A stretch of DNA of 64,000 nt, from positions 25,978,001 through 26,042,000 of the forward strand of contig OZ024755.1 of assembly GCA_964016885.1 (NCBI GenBank). Direction: 5' to 3'. Both the position numbers and the translations under genes were made by a program. Under the pieces are notes generated by a model that was not told the origin of the DNA, did no database searches, and worked only from the letters and a program-made list of their open reading frames with translations. Shown in pieces: positions 24,121 through 37,727 of this stretch (its first letter is position 1; every line of letters begins with the position of its first letter). The DNA comes from Eledone cirrhosa (Eukaryota).

Positions 24121-25250
24121 CCAGTCACAAACCAGAAGTTGCCCGCACCACACTTGTGGTGGTTGTTGCTGTTGTCCACAGCTTTATGTATATATAGATA
24201 TACAATCAAATACACACACATATATATATATTGCATTTTTACGACAGTCAGAGCTTTTTTACTTCATTTTCGTGGATGATCTGGTCGACTGAGAGAACAG
24301 TGTTGTTCCAACTGGCTTCAAGAGCAGGATGTCGGGAGAGGTAGCTGTTTACCAAGTGAGCATTTTCAACATTAATTACTACTTCTTGTTGAACGGCAAC
24401 GGCCTTCATCATATTTATCCAGCCTACCACTCAACCTAAATTGGATTTAAAAGGGTGCTATCAGGAGTCGCATATGTTTGTTTTCTCTTCTCTCTTAATG
24501 GTTGTTTTTGTTTTTCTGTTAAGCATTGCTACATACTTAAATTAGTCTCCACAGCTAAGCTAGCTTTCTTTATGCGCTATCTAATGGAAAATGGCAGCCT
24601 TTTTGTCATCGTCATTCGTCATCATTTTTGACCTTATGTCTTGTTCTTTCATCCCCTTAAGCTCTTCATCCCAATCTTAAAACACGGCAAATACGTAGTA
24701 TTTAGGATTTATTTCTGTTGCTAGTGTTGTGTCTATTAGCTTTCACTGTATAAATCAGTCCTTCTCCGCCATTCACATATGGCGATCACGTTCACCGACA
24801 CCACTATTATTATTACAAACTAGTATTCTACTCGTTTGGGAACTTTAGCTAGCAACATTTTTTTTTATTGTTTTCCTTTATATCTCATTACAATTCTCTC
24901 TTGTCTTACTGTTCTAACACCTCCTGCAGCAGCAACACTGTTGCTTTTAAATCGATCCAAGAAGGAACCCTCTGTTTTTCTTGTTAATTAGATTGGGGTG
25001 CGTGATCATGGAAAGGTGTGAGGGTTTTTTCAGGGAGAAGAAAGCTTGTTTGATGTGTGCTATTTCAGTATTTCATTCGCATAGAGCCTGCTGAGCTGTA
25101 TAATAATATATATCGAATGTATGGCAATGAGTAAGCGAGTTGGAGTGGTTAGTTAGTTGGAAAGGTGGGAAGGAAGTTGTGAAGCGGCCATAACTGCCGC
25201 CCGCCATAGCAGCACGGGACTTATCTTTCACCATTTCTAACTCAATCAAC
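23900..25250 (+). promoter_or_regulatory. Likely YTHDF promoter, 5'UTR and start of intron 1, with YY1-like motifs
   Basis: CpG-retaining region around exon 1. AAAATGGCAGC 24588, CCGCCATT 24766, ATATGGCG 24777, GCGGCCAT 25184, CCGCCAT 25201. Confidence 0.45.
24329..24355 (+). CDS. YTHDF: YTHDF-family m6A reader, coding exon 1 (MSGEVAVYQ, 27 nt)
   Basis: ATG in context GCAGGATGT, 9 codons, then donor CAA|GTGAGC. Same 27-nt, phase-0 size as vertebrate YTHDF1/2 exon 1 (MSATSVDTQ / MSASSLLEQ). Lies in a CpG-retaining, promoter-like region. Confidence 0.75.
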
Positions 25251-26859
25251 ACTTTCTACTTCTACTTCTTTTATTCATTTTACCTATTTATTCTCATGCA
25301 CATCATTCACTATCTAGACTTTTAATTTCTCGTTATATTTTTAATTTATGTTAAAACTCATAAGGAGCCAACAGATCGCAAATACATAACACCCGATATG
25401 TATATCTTTAAAACATTTCTTTACATTAAATTAAAGATGACTCGATGATCAAAGTTAAATAAAAGATTTTAAAAAACATTTAATTCGAGGTGGGAAATAA
25501 TATTTTACGATATTTACCATCTAGAAAAGATCTCGTGGAGAGATGTTTGAACAGATCTTGTTGAACTTGAAGATTTTTATTAACTAAAATAATTTTGAAA
25601 TGTTTAAATATTTTATGATGTTAGGTTGAAGGATTATATCATCAATACTTTAAAGTATTGATGTTATAAAATAATTTTTAAAGGATATTTTATTGTTAAT
25701 TTACGTTAGGTATATGTGTGTGTGTGTATATAAATATTTGTACCTGTATATATATAATGTATATATATATACAGGCTCAAATATATATATATGTATGATA
25801 TATATACACCTCTTCGTTGGGATAGATGTTAAGTAGAAAGCCATGTACCCCGCCAACAAGAATTGACCATATCACATTGCATATAATCAATTTCACGGCC
25901 TTCACATATATATAGATTCTGTATATAATCAATTCTATGGCCTTCACATGCTCTTCCTCTGTCTGTGTGTATTATATATATATAATACATACATACATAC
26001 ATACAGGGAACAAGATATAGAGGATGTGTATATATATATATCGTTATCTGCCTTTTATCTGTGTAAAAAATGTAGCCCGCCAGTAACATTGATAGCCACG
26101 CACACACGTTTTACTTTCAACTTTTTTTCCCATCTCGTCACTCAAACACTTTTCTTATATTAAAGAAATATTACACAATAATATCGTTCATTTTAAAATA
26201 CTTTATATATATATATATATCTGTTTGACTTTTGGTTATGTATATATTTTAAAACTTTATATATTTTAGATTAGACTTTTTGTGTGTAAGGAGGGGTGGG
26301 GGGTACTAATCGGTGGCTTCAAATAGTTGACTTGCTTCTCTAACCTTATTACCTGCGCGCGCGCGTGCGTATGTGTGTGTATATATCTCGTAGTGTGTAT
26401 GTATATATATCTGGTGTGTGTGTTACTGTGACTTATGCCTGATTGTCTCTGTATGTATGAAGTAATAAGTTAAGAGCCGTGTTAATAATGGTGTGGCTGA
26501 TGTACGGTTAATTAATTAGGTTGGTTGTTGTAGTCACCACCACCATGGTGTCATCAATCCACTACTACTATTATCTCTAACACATTATTACTACTACTGT
26601 TACCAGTAGGTTTTATACCAACCACTGACACCCACTCGTTTATAGGTTATCGTCGTATCGGAAGAAGAAACAATGATTATTTTTATTTCTTACACAACCA
26701 GAATAAAATGGGGAATATTTCAAAACAGAGAAAGTGGGATCTTGTATGTTGGTGTTCATGCCTGTTTTATAGACACATTATTAAGAACCAGTCGAAAGCA
26801 GTTCCGACTGGAAATTGTAAACCAGATTGCGTTCTTTGGTTCTTGGTTCCCTCTGGTTT

Positions 26860-27205
26860 TACGACACTATAGTTGTTTTAATAATATTGATTACAACAGA
26901 GGCCCCCTCTCATCTTATCTAGCGACACTGTATTTGTCGTTGTTGTCTTAATAATATTGGTTACGAGAGGTCCTTCTGGTTGTCTTAATAGTATTGGTTA
27001 CAACAGAGGTCCCTTCCCTGTGGTCTTATCTAACGACATTAGTTCTCATTGTCATCTTAATGATATTAGTTATAACAACAGTCCCTCTGGTCTTATCTAA
27101 CGACACTGTAGTTGTCCTCTTAAATATTGATTATAACAGCACTCTGGTCTTATCTAACGACACTAGTTGTTTTAATAATATTGGTTATAACAGTGGTCCC
27201 TCTCA
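26860..27205. repeat. Degenerate tandem repeat of about 60 bp
   Basis: TAATAATATTGGTTATAACAGAGGTCCCTCTGGTCTTATCTAACGACAC recurs about 6 times. Confidence 0.8.
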
Positions 27206-27919
27206 TTATTACACTATGTTGTCCTCAATATTAAAGGCATGATTATGTTTATTGATGGAAGAGAAGGGCAGTGCTTTAAACCATTATATTTTTTTTTCAA
27301 GTCTTCTGGGAATGGTAGGAGAGAAGAATTTATATTGCTATCCTCAATCTGGTGACCTGATTCCGCTGCTTTTAACAGAGTAGACATCACTGGAGGTGCC
27401 AAAGGGGGAAAGGGGCAGAGCTCATAGCCGTTAATGTTTTCAGGGCTTTCAAAACTGGTTGGAAGGTGAAAGGTATCTTCAATCTGTAAACATCATCCGA
27501 ATGTTTGCAACAGAGTGGATCACTTTTTAGCCTGATGACAGGACAAAGTGGTTGGTGCTAAAAAGGGCATTCAGCCAGAGAACCAGGTGTGGGTGTTAAA
27601 CTGGACGACAAATTAAATAATTTAATCTGGTTCTCTTTCAGTCATGCCATCACTCCGTAGTTATTGTTTAACTCCAAGTCATGTAGCTGATCTGGGAACT
27701 CAAGATCACACCATTCAAACATTACATTGGAATTTGGAAGTATAAGATCTATTGAGTTCTGTGAGAGATGGAATTATTGAGTGTAGTTGTCTCAAATTCT
27801 ACCTGGAAGTTTCACAGTTCTTGTAGTTTGTATAAAGAATATGTAAAGATTCCTGGATCATTATCTGATAGACTCAAATTATCCTTGAAACCTTCTGCAG
27901 TTAATAGAATTCATTAATC

Positions 27920-28267
27920 CTTTAACTACCATATTTAATGAAAGACACTGCCTATGTTTTCAACCCTTTCATCACCATATTTCTAATGAAAAACATTACC
28001 TATGTCACTAACCCTTTTATTGCCATATTTCTAATGAAAGACACTCCCTATGTCTTTAACCTTTTCATCACCATATTTCTAATGGTGTTAAAATCATTTA
28101 AAAAATAATCAAGAGAATTTGGAGAGATTTAATAAAAAAAAACCTGGCTTTTCCATTATTGAGTTAGTTTGGAACATAACTTAAAGGTTCTTGCATAAAG
28201 TTATGATACCTTAAACTACACTCATTTGATTTGTAGAACCAGAAGTGGTTCGGTATGAAAAGGGTTA
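27920..28267 (+). mobile_element. Second TTAA-type (piggyBac-like) MITE family with tandemly amplified left end; other copies near 31355, 33520, 39890, 40370, 43711, 44866, 56850, 59975, 60530
   Basis: Shared TTAACCCTTT...CCATATTTCTAATGAAAGACAC...AGAACC...AAAGGGTTAA, in both orientations. Confidence 0.6.
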
Positions 28268-30065
28268 AAGAAAAAGAAATCATTGGATTTCCACTTTGTT
28301 TTAGTTGGAATCACCTGTTATTCTATGACTGATGGCTCCTGAATTGCCTCTGACTGCTGTTTATTGATAGAAACAGTTTAGTATAATGGTTTAGTGTTTA
28401 TTATATCACTTATTAGGCTAGTGGCACTATACCAATTTAACTGTGTCACCATAACATACATCCACTACACTCTGTAAAGTGATAGGTGCTAGAAAGGATA
28501 TCCAGGACTAGAAGGGTCTTGTAAGTGCATCAAGGACACATGCTCTTTAATGCTGTGGCCATGATAAAATGCACTTAGTACACTCAAGGGGTTGATGCTA
28601 GAAAAGACATCTAGCTTTAGAAACCATGCCAAAATAGAACATATCTTAGTGAAACAGTACCCATAGCGTAAATAAAATCATGGTGATGTTTGGATATTTT
28701 CTAGATTATTCTGCTGTGGTGTCTCTTGTGAAAATCTAAAATGACTTTAAAACCAGTGTTATTAATGAAATTTACAGGTAGCTAGCCTTCTATGAGGTAT
28801 CTCAAGTTTCTCAATGTTTACATGATAGCTGCTCCAGTTCTATCTTGTTACAGCTCACACTTGTTGACCTCATGATAGGCTTCATGTTTAACAATAAGGT
28901 TCTTCCTGGCACCAACTTTTTTAGTTGCCTCTTTTGACATGCACAGATAGGGTGTACCTATTCTAAACTGGATACACACACGGAAATGGTGTACCTATTG
29001 TAAACCAGATACACACAGGGGTACAGTGTATTGTTTATAAACCAGTTTCAAAGATAGATGTGTTCTATGTAATTGGTTTCAATTCACGTTGTTTTCATGT
29101 TAGGTTTGAACCCTTGTCATTAAAACCCTTAAGAAACCTCTGTGAAATGTCATCTCATAGAAGGCCAACTAAATTTACATAGGTGTTAGCTGTAAATTTC
29201 ATTTAATTTTGTTTTCACTTTCAATTTCGATATAGAGAGGCAACGTTAAAGGAATAGACAAAAGAATAGAGGAAGAAAAAAAAACATGAGAGAGAGAGAG
29301 ATGGTTAGTGGAAAGTAGAGGAGGAACGAAATCTGGAGTTGATTGATAATGAGATTATTTGGAAGAATATATTTAACTACTGTTGAGGTACTGGGGATGG
29401 AGGGTTACTCTCTCTGTGTTATTCTCTGTGTTTAATATGTTCATGGTAAGATGGTGCCCATATGACTCCAAGAAGGCAACAAAACCCATCAAAATTAGTC
29501 AGGAGTTGATGGATATTGGTACCAGATCATTGACCCAACAATTCTGTTAGGGGTAATACTTACAGGATTGTTGTGGATTCAATTCTAACACACAGCCAAC
29601 ACTTTCTTTTGTTTCACACTGTTTTCTTTATTTCTCAGATGAAGGTTGGCTATCATTTATATGTTTTAAGTCAGCACTGTACAGCTTGTATTTTATCATG
29701 GCACCAACACTACTCACTAGATGCATTTTATTGTTGCACCAGTATTATCACTTGACAGAGTATACTAGCTGTATATTATTGTGGCACCAATACTACGACT
29801 TTACAGGGTGTACTTGGTGTATTTTATTGACACTAATACTACCACTTTACAGAGGGTTACTGGGAGTACTGTATTGTAGTACCAATACTACTACTTATTA
29901 GGTGTATTTTATTGACATCAGGATTACCATTTTACAGACTGTACTGGGTATTCATTATTGTGACACCAACACTATCACTTTACAGAGTGTACTGGGTGCA
30001 TTTTATGGATATTAGACATCGTCTCCAACTGAGTCAGTACTGAAGTGAGGTTTCTAAACTCCTGT

Positions 30066-30100
<35 letters not shown>

Positions 30101-30300
30101 GAGAGAGAGATGGAAAAATTAGTTTTTAAATCATTTTTAATTATTTACATATGTTTCAAGGGCATAATGAAATTCGGTATTTATACACACAACATTGGTA
30201 GTGTTATGTGTAATTCGTATAAGTGATGTAAACATTGCACTATTTCTAAACTGTTTTGCAGTTGTATACTACCATATATAATTCTCCACATATATATCTT

Positions 30301-30336
<36 letters not shown>

Positions 30337-30749
30337 CACATGTACGTTTGGTTCAATTCAGCTTTGTTTGGTGATTTCTAATGTTTGAAATCTATGTTTA
30401 AGTTAGTGTTAGTGAACAACTTATATTTGCCCAGTTTCAGTAACACTAATCAATCTGTGCCAAGTTTTATGCATTTAATCTGCGGTGTCAGCTTGGTGTT
30501 TAGTTTTACAATGAAGACCTATCTTATAGATTTTTTGTTCATATGTCTCAGAGATATGGAATACTGACCTGAAAATCATTTCTTAATGTTATTATTTGTT
30601 AGGTTAGCTTTGCCTTTCATCCTTACCAGGTCGATAAAATAAAGTACCAGTAATGTACTGGGTAATTGCTGGCCTTGTGCCAAAAGTTGAAACAATTATT
30701 TGTTATATGTAGTTATAGTGTAAGGTATCTATGCGTTGATTGACCAGGT

Positions 30750-31330
30750 ATTAGGCTGGACAGAAAGTTCTTGCTGTTTTTCAAATTTTTATTGACTTTG
30801 GCATTTTTTAACATTAGGAAAATATTACAAGTCAAAATAATTGCTATAATTTGGGATTACTGTCTGCTGTAATTTAGAGAGGCACATGATTCCACCCCTG
30901 TAGAATTCTTCTGACTTGCAAAGAATTCTGTCAGCTACTGATGTAACTGGTCTTCATTGTCTTTGACTGCATTGCATTGCTCATTGAGAGCAAAAGTTGG
31001 TTGGGTGAATGTGGTAGCTGGCCAGAACCTTCCAACCTAGCTCCAGCAGCTTCTCACCAGTCATCCTTGATGTCTGCGACCAAGCATTAACATGAAGGAC
31101 ACAAAGTTGTTGGCAATAGATGTCAGATTTCTGGAGCAGCTTCTAGTGGCTGACACCTTTCCAGTAGGGACTTGTGAGTGGAGGCCAGCCTTTGCTTGCC
31201 ACTGTGGTGCATTCTCTTTATTAACTCATAATCGCTTGTGCTTTACATTAATGTAGAGACACCATTTTTCATCACCAGTGACACTGGAAGATAGCCAGTT
31301 GGTTGTTCAATGGTAGGAGAGCAGAGAATA
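30750..31330 (-). mobile_element. mariner transposase remnant
   Basis: TIR-like TATTAGGCTGGACAGAAAGT; VTGDEKWCLYIN on the minus strand near 31250-31285. Confidence 0.7.
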
Positions 31331-31767
31331 TACAATAAATAGCAATTATGATGTTAACCATTTTTGTTACCATATTTCTCATGTAAGACATTGCACATGA
31401 TGTAATTTAGAGAGGTTTAGTCATATCACAAGTTGGTGTTTGGAACTTAAATATGAAATGATGATGGAAGGTTTTTAGATAAATATAAACACTTTAATCT
31501 TTCCATTACTGTATTTTTAATGTAAGACGTTGCTTATAATATACAGATCATTTTAAAAATAATCAAGAATTTGGAGGGACTTAGTAATGTTACTTTCTCA
31601 TTATTTTGTTGTTGTTTGGAACATAAAGGTTCTTACATAAAATTATGATGGAAAGGTTTTTATCATCATCATTTCATTTTGCGTCCGCTTTTTCCCTGCT
31701 TGCAAGGGTGGGACGGGAACTGATTCTGGCTTGATTTCTACAGCTGGATGCCCTTCCTAACCAACCT

Positions 31768-32020
31768 CTACATCTCAAACTATAATAATATAACATTTTG
31801 AAGGTGTAGACACTCTCCCTTACATCTTAACATTATGAAGGTATAAACACTCTCTCTACATCTCAAACTATAATAATATAACATTATGAAGGTAGAGATA
31901 CTCTCCCTACACCTTAACTATAATATAATATGAAAGTAGAGATACTCTCCCTACATCTTAACTATAATATAATATTATGAAGGTAGAGATACTCTCCTTA
32001 CATCTTAACTATAATAATAC
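31768..32020. repeat. Tandem repeat of about 48 bp
   Basis: CTACATCTTAACTATAATAATATAACATTATGAAGGTAGAGATACTCTCC, 5-6 copies. Confidence 0.85.
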
Positions 32021-33857
32021 AAAAGTGTAAATATTCTGACATTTGTACTAAGGGTGAAATGTAAATAAAATAGGAAAAGACTTTCTCCAATTCACTGAGC
32101 TGTAGTAGCTACCAATATTGAGATATTTAGATGATTGTAGATGACACACACTACCACCTGTGGCCATCCATTAAATTACTCCAGTGGGTCACAGGATATT
32201 TCAGTGTCTGCCCATAATTATGTCCTACCCGTGGCCACCCATTAAATTACTCCTGATGGGTCACAGACAATTTAAGTGTCTGCCCATAATCAATTGTATC
32301 TGTTAAATATAATGAAATAGAAAATAATCAAGAAAACATCAACTAATGGGTAACAAATGAATGAATAAAAGTTTGTTATAAAAATTCCCTACATTTTCTT
32401 TTGCTAAATATCCTTTTTAATTAGTTTCATTGTTTAGAATTTAAATCCCATTGAGGTCAACTTTACCTTTCATCATTCTGAAGTCATTAAAATAAACTCA
32501 AAATTCATTGGGAAATACTAACACTCAGTAAACTTGTGATCAAAGGCTATATAACCATCACCATTTTCAGGCATAGTGTTTCATAATCTACATTAATGTA
32601 ATGTGTACTTTTTTTACTTTTTTTCTTTTTTATTAAATGGCAGGGTGTTTAGGGGGAAATTTTGCTGCTATTTTTAGTATGTTGAGTGTCACATGATGGC
32701 TTTTTTATTTTTTATTTTTTCTAAATGACATTGTTATAAAATGTTGATGTGCTTCCCTGTAAAGGTCACCTTAAACTGGAAGATATGATAACTAGGTGAA
32801 GTTTAATATTTAATTTGAACTGTTCCAGGATAACAGGGATAGTACTAGGGCTTTCTGGTTTTCTTTTATTCTTTATCTTTTCACTGGTTTTAGTCTTTAG
32901 CCAATAGTCATGCTGGGGCACCATCTTGAAGTGATTTAGTCAACCATATTTACCATTACCTTTTAAAGTCTGGTACTTATTTCATTGACCTCTTTTTGTT
33001 GAACATCTAAGTTACAGGACAAATAAACTCCCTGGCCCTGATATCCTAAATTGTTGACAAACATTTTCTCATGTTACACTTGAGTTGGTTCTCTTTTTGA
33101 AATCTCTAATACTTCTCTAACCTATGCTAGCGTGGAAGATGGACGTTAAACGATAATGATCATCATCATTTGACTTTCTCCTATTTCAACTCCCAAAATA
33201 GTATCACCAAATTTATTACACATTAATTACATTTTGTTTATCATCCCAGAAACAGTTGGCTTTATGTCTCATCTATATATTATTCTATGAAGAATTGTAG
33301 ATGTTTGTAGGGGTGCATGTGAACAGATGTTTATATAGGTGCATGTGAACAGATGTTTATATGGGTGCTTGTCTATATTGCCTTAAGTTTGTCTACTTCT
33401 AACTTCAACCTAACACTATCTGTCTAAATATCTTTTATGTTCACCACTACTGGTAGGCTCATTGCTTTTGTAATTATTTCCTTGCTGTTCTTTATTAATT
33501 GAGCATCACAGTGGTTACTTAAAACCTTTTCATTCCAAACTGTCTGAAACCCTTGGGTCTATCATACAAAACTTTTTAAATGTTTATATTTATCTAAAAG
33601 CATTCCATCATCATTTTATCTATGAACCTTTAAGTTATGTTCCAAACTCTAGTTAAATAATAAGAAAGTTCTGTTACTAAATATTACTAATAAAAGGGTT
33701 AAAGACATAAGTAGTGTCTTTTGTTAGAAATATGGTAATGAAATGGTTAAATCTTGTATTATTTTTTATTAAATGTTATGTTAATCATTTGTCCTTTAAT
33801 TTTCTAATATATTTATTTTCTTTTTTTCTCTTTCCAATTTTGTTGATGGAACACCAG

Positions 33858-33882
33858 AGAGCAAAAGGTCAAGCAAATCAAG
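33858..33882 (+). CDS. YTHDF: YTHDF coding exon 2 (RAKGQANQ+G, 25 nt)
   Basis: Long pyrimidine tract, CCAG acceptor, AGAGCAAAAGGTCAAGCAAATCAAG, donor GTATTT. Matches the 25-nt vertebrate exon RPKGQGNK / RTKGQDNK. Confidence 0.9.
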
Positions 33883-34537
33883 GTATTTACTTTTTACCCT
33901 TTCTTTTTCTCTCTCAATGTTTGTCTGTTTGTTCCTCTCTCTCTATCTCACCCTTTCAAAAATCAATGGTTGTATTGGCTTTTACTTGTGTTGTTATTGT
34001 AAAGATCCATTTCTTTAGATGTTGCATACAACCTTACATATTAACACAAATGGTAAACTGCATCTCCTAGAGACATTTGGAGTGAAAATTGCAATGAAAT
34101 GAACCTTCACCACTTTTGACACGTTTTCCAGTTGTTCAACCAATGGAACAACCTGTAAGTGTAAGAATAACGTGTAAGTGGCTGAGTATTTCACAGACAT
34201 GTGTATCCAGGGAGATTCAGCATGACACTGTGAGACAAAGCTGGTCCGTTGAATTACAGGTGCAGTCCATCTTGTATTATAGTGGAAGTGGACGAACATT
34301 CTTCAGACCCATGTACCCTTAATGTAATTCTCAGGGTGATTCAGCATGACACAGCTGGCCATTAAATTACGGGCGTAATCCATCTGGCTAACTTCCAAAC
34401 AGTCTCTGTTTACCAAATTTCATTCAAAAGCCTTTGGTTGACCCGCTATGCTAAACAACACAGGTTCAAGCTGAGACCATATGATTGTGATGTAAAGTTC
34501 TTACCCATACTGTCAGGATGCATCTATTAAAATGGCT

Positions 34538-34700
34538 TTGACCATTCAATCAGGATGTGTAAATAGACTTGACCATTCAGTCAAGATGTTTGTATTAAAA
34601 TAGACTTGACCATTCAATCAGGATGTGTAAATAGACTTGACCATTCAGTCAAGATGTTTGTATTAAAATAACCGTGACCATTCAGTCAGGATGTGTGTAT
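34538..34700. repeat. Alternating 31/38-bp tandem repeat
   Basis: TTGACCATTCA(A/G)TCA(G/A)GATG units. Confidence 0.85.
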
Positions 34701-34907
34701 TAAATTTCTAGCTGAGTGAACTGGAGTAATGAGAAATATAGTGTCTTTCTGAAGGACATAACACACTGCCAAGTCTGGGAATCAAACCCTTGACCATACA
34801 ATCCTGAACGTAGCACCATAACCACTAAGAAATCCCTTAGTATTAACCATTAACAATCAACAGTTTAACCCCAATAACAATCAACTGTTTCTCTATACTA
34901 TTTCCAG

Positions 34908-34975
34908 TGGCCAACGGCTCAGCAAAAGAAGTAAAAAACGAGGACTTTGATCATTATTTGCATCAACCTCAACAA
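34908..34975 (+). CDS. YTHDF: YTHDF coding exon 3 (VANGSAKEVKNEDFDHYLHQPQQ, 68 nt)
   Basis: TTTCCAG acceptor, CAA|GTAAGT donor, phase 1 to 0. Peptide resembles vertebrate VQNGS...DDFEPYL. Confidence 0.9.
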
Positions 34976-37688
34976 GTAAGTAATATTGTTCGCTAGTCTC
35001 TCTCTCTCATTCTGTCTCACTGTTTCTCTCTGACGGTAACCTTGATATGAACTTTACCTTACATAGAAGCAGCTTTAATTTGTGGAATGTATTCTTGTTT
35101 ACAAGCATGAATTATATACATATGTATATATATATATATCTTTCTACTGTGATGTGCTTGTTAATAAATTTATTGATTTGATATTGCTCTGTCTGAAGCC
35201 CTAGTAAATTAATAAAACTCATTACAGCCCTTAAATATTCCAAAGTACAAATTTAACAATGGGTTGAGGAGACTGACCATCTGTTGTGTCAAATATATAA
35301 CAGCCACCCTAGTACTGGTGCCACTATAAAGTGCACTCTGTAAAATGGTTGGTGTTAAAAAAGGCATCCAGCCATAGAAGCCATACTAAAACTGGAATCT
35401 AAGATATCGGCTCTTGGCCCATTGGTGAGAGGACAGTAATTCCAATTGAATACTGACTTGGTCTTGACAACCCTGCCAACCCATGCCGAAATGAAAGAAC
35501 AGGCATTTGGTGATGGAGACACTATCGGTTGAGAATGAAAATCTCATTGAGAGCTATGCTGGTTCATCTATATGAAGAGCTACAGAAGTTAATTTATTTG
35601 AATCACTCCGTGTAGGTTGTTGTGTCTATTAAAGTAATGGACATCCCAACTTACCAACTTCCATTCCATTTTGTCCAATATCTGATGTTTTCTAACTCTG
35701 TGAAATATTGTAAAAAAACTTGCCTGTTTGTGGTTTGATATCGGGTTACCATACAATTCCAAATATTGGGGTTTGGTACTGTGTTATCATACATACATAC
35801 ATACCTGCAGGTATAATTTCTAGCTAAAAAAAACATTGTATGTGTTTGGTTTTTCGAAGATAGAGTACATTTTCTTCTTTCTGTGTGTGTTTAAGAGGTT
35901 AGCAAAAGAATTACTATATCTGTTGAATTCAGTGAGCTTTATTCAGATTTTTTGTGGTGAAGTAAGGAAAAGCAATATTTGTTAAAATTATTTTAAAATA
36001 GTGTTAGTACCATGATAAAATGCACTCAGTACACTTTATAAAGTGTTAGTCCTGATACCACAATAAAATGCATTCAATACACTATTAATGTGGTTAACAA
36101 TAGGAAGGGCAACAAGCCATAGAAGCCATGTCAAAATGGAATGTATGAGCATGTTGTGGTCCAATGAACTGCCTAGTCTCAGACTGAGAATTCATCTAAC
36201 CCATTTCAATATAGAAATTGGACATAAATCGATTGGTGATTAAAACCAGTGTGTGTGTGAGAGAGAGAGGAAAGGTTTTAAGATATATTCTGTTTACATA
36301 TTGCTCTATAAGATGAGTTTTCAACTAGAGACATCAGGTGAGATGCTCACTACCCCAAGATGGTCTCTTTAGTTGGTTAGGGTTTAAAAAGATGTTAGTC
36401 TGTATCAAGCCCAGAGATTCATCAAGCCATAGCTTGTCCTGTGTTGTTAAGTGACTGAGAGTACAAAACCTTCCCCTGGATGGGACATTGGTCTCTCATA
36501 CAGTTAAAGTCTATGTGAAGCTCAAGAGAGAGCTTCATCAGGCCAGATCTTGTCCTGTGGTGTTAAGTGGCTGAGAGTACAAAACTCTACTCTGGACAGG
36601 ACACCAGTGGTTTTTGTAGGGTTAACTCCCAGCTAGTGCTTCTGGTACTTATTTTCAGCTGAGTTAACTAAAGCAATATGAAGTGTCTTGCTCAAGAACA
36701 CAACACACCACTCAGGGCAGGAATTGAACCCGCGACACAAACTACTAGGACATGTTTAGTTGTATGGTCAGTATATTGGTTCACTGGTCAATAGTTGTAT
36801 GGTCAGTTCATTGGTTCTCTGTTCAATTGTATTGTCTGTTGTCAGCCATTATATTTCCTTTACATGGACTTAGATTTCATTTTCAATTTTTGTCAAATTT
36901 TGTTGTTGGAAAATATTCAGCTTAATTAATCAATGGACCTGTTGTTCTTTCATGTCCACTTTGTATTCAGTTTGGATTAAGTCCTCCTCATCTTCTCTCT
37001 CTCTCTCTCTACTTTAGGTCATGCATGTGCACAGATAAAGGTTATGTTTTCATGGAGTGGGGTTTTTTTTTATAACTGTTGATGTGCATATTTCTCTGTT
37101 TTCTTAGCTTCAACTTGACTTAACATGATGTGACATGTTGTTGCATGACTTCTCTGTCATATAATAGATTTTAATCTTTTTTTCTCTTTTTTTTACTGTG
37201 GAGAGATCCTTAATAAAGAAATAGGTGAAACATTTAAATAATTGATTTGTTGTGAATATTAGATTTTGGTAGTGTAACCATACTTGATCAGATATCTATT
37301 TAGAGATAGACATCAGTAGAATTCAATATTTCACTGTCTTTCATTGAGCTCAACTTATTTTCTTTTTCTATATAATTGGGATTGATTTTTATTCTGGTGT
37401 AATATCACATAGCTGTGTGATGTTGCACAATTGTGTGATACTATACAAATGAATAAACTGTACATATATATATATATTAATGTATATATACTCTAACAAC
37501 TCATTTTCCTGAAAAACTCTGATTAATCAGTTGTTATTATTGTGTGTATAAAAGCTATGAAGTGGAGTGAAGGTCAAATCCTTGCCATGTCATGATAAAA
37601 GCTGGTGTGAAATAACACATCAATGTCTTTTACTTTCTCTCTCCACTCTCCATATCTTTTCAAAAATGTTTTACATTTTATTTTTTAG

Positions 37689-37727
37689 GATTCAGCTTAT
37701 TTGCGAAGTTGCCTCCAGTCTAACCAG
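37689..37727 (+). CDS. YTHDF: Probable extra or cassette YTHDF exon (DSAYLRSCLQSNQ, 39 nt, phase 0-0)
   Basis: T-rich tract ending TTTTTTAG, open frame-preserving 13 codons, donor CAG|GTTAGT. YL...QSNQ echoes the end of human YTHDF1 exon 3 (PYLTGQSNQ). Confidence 0.6.
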
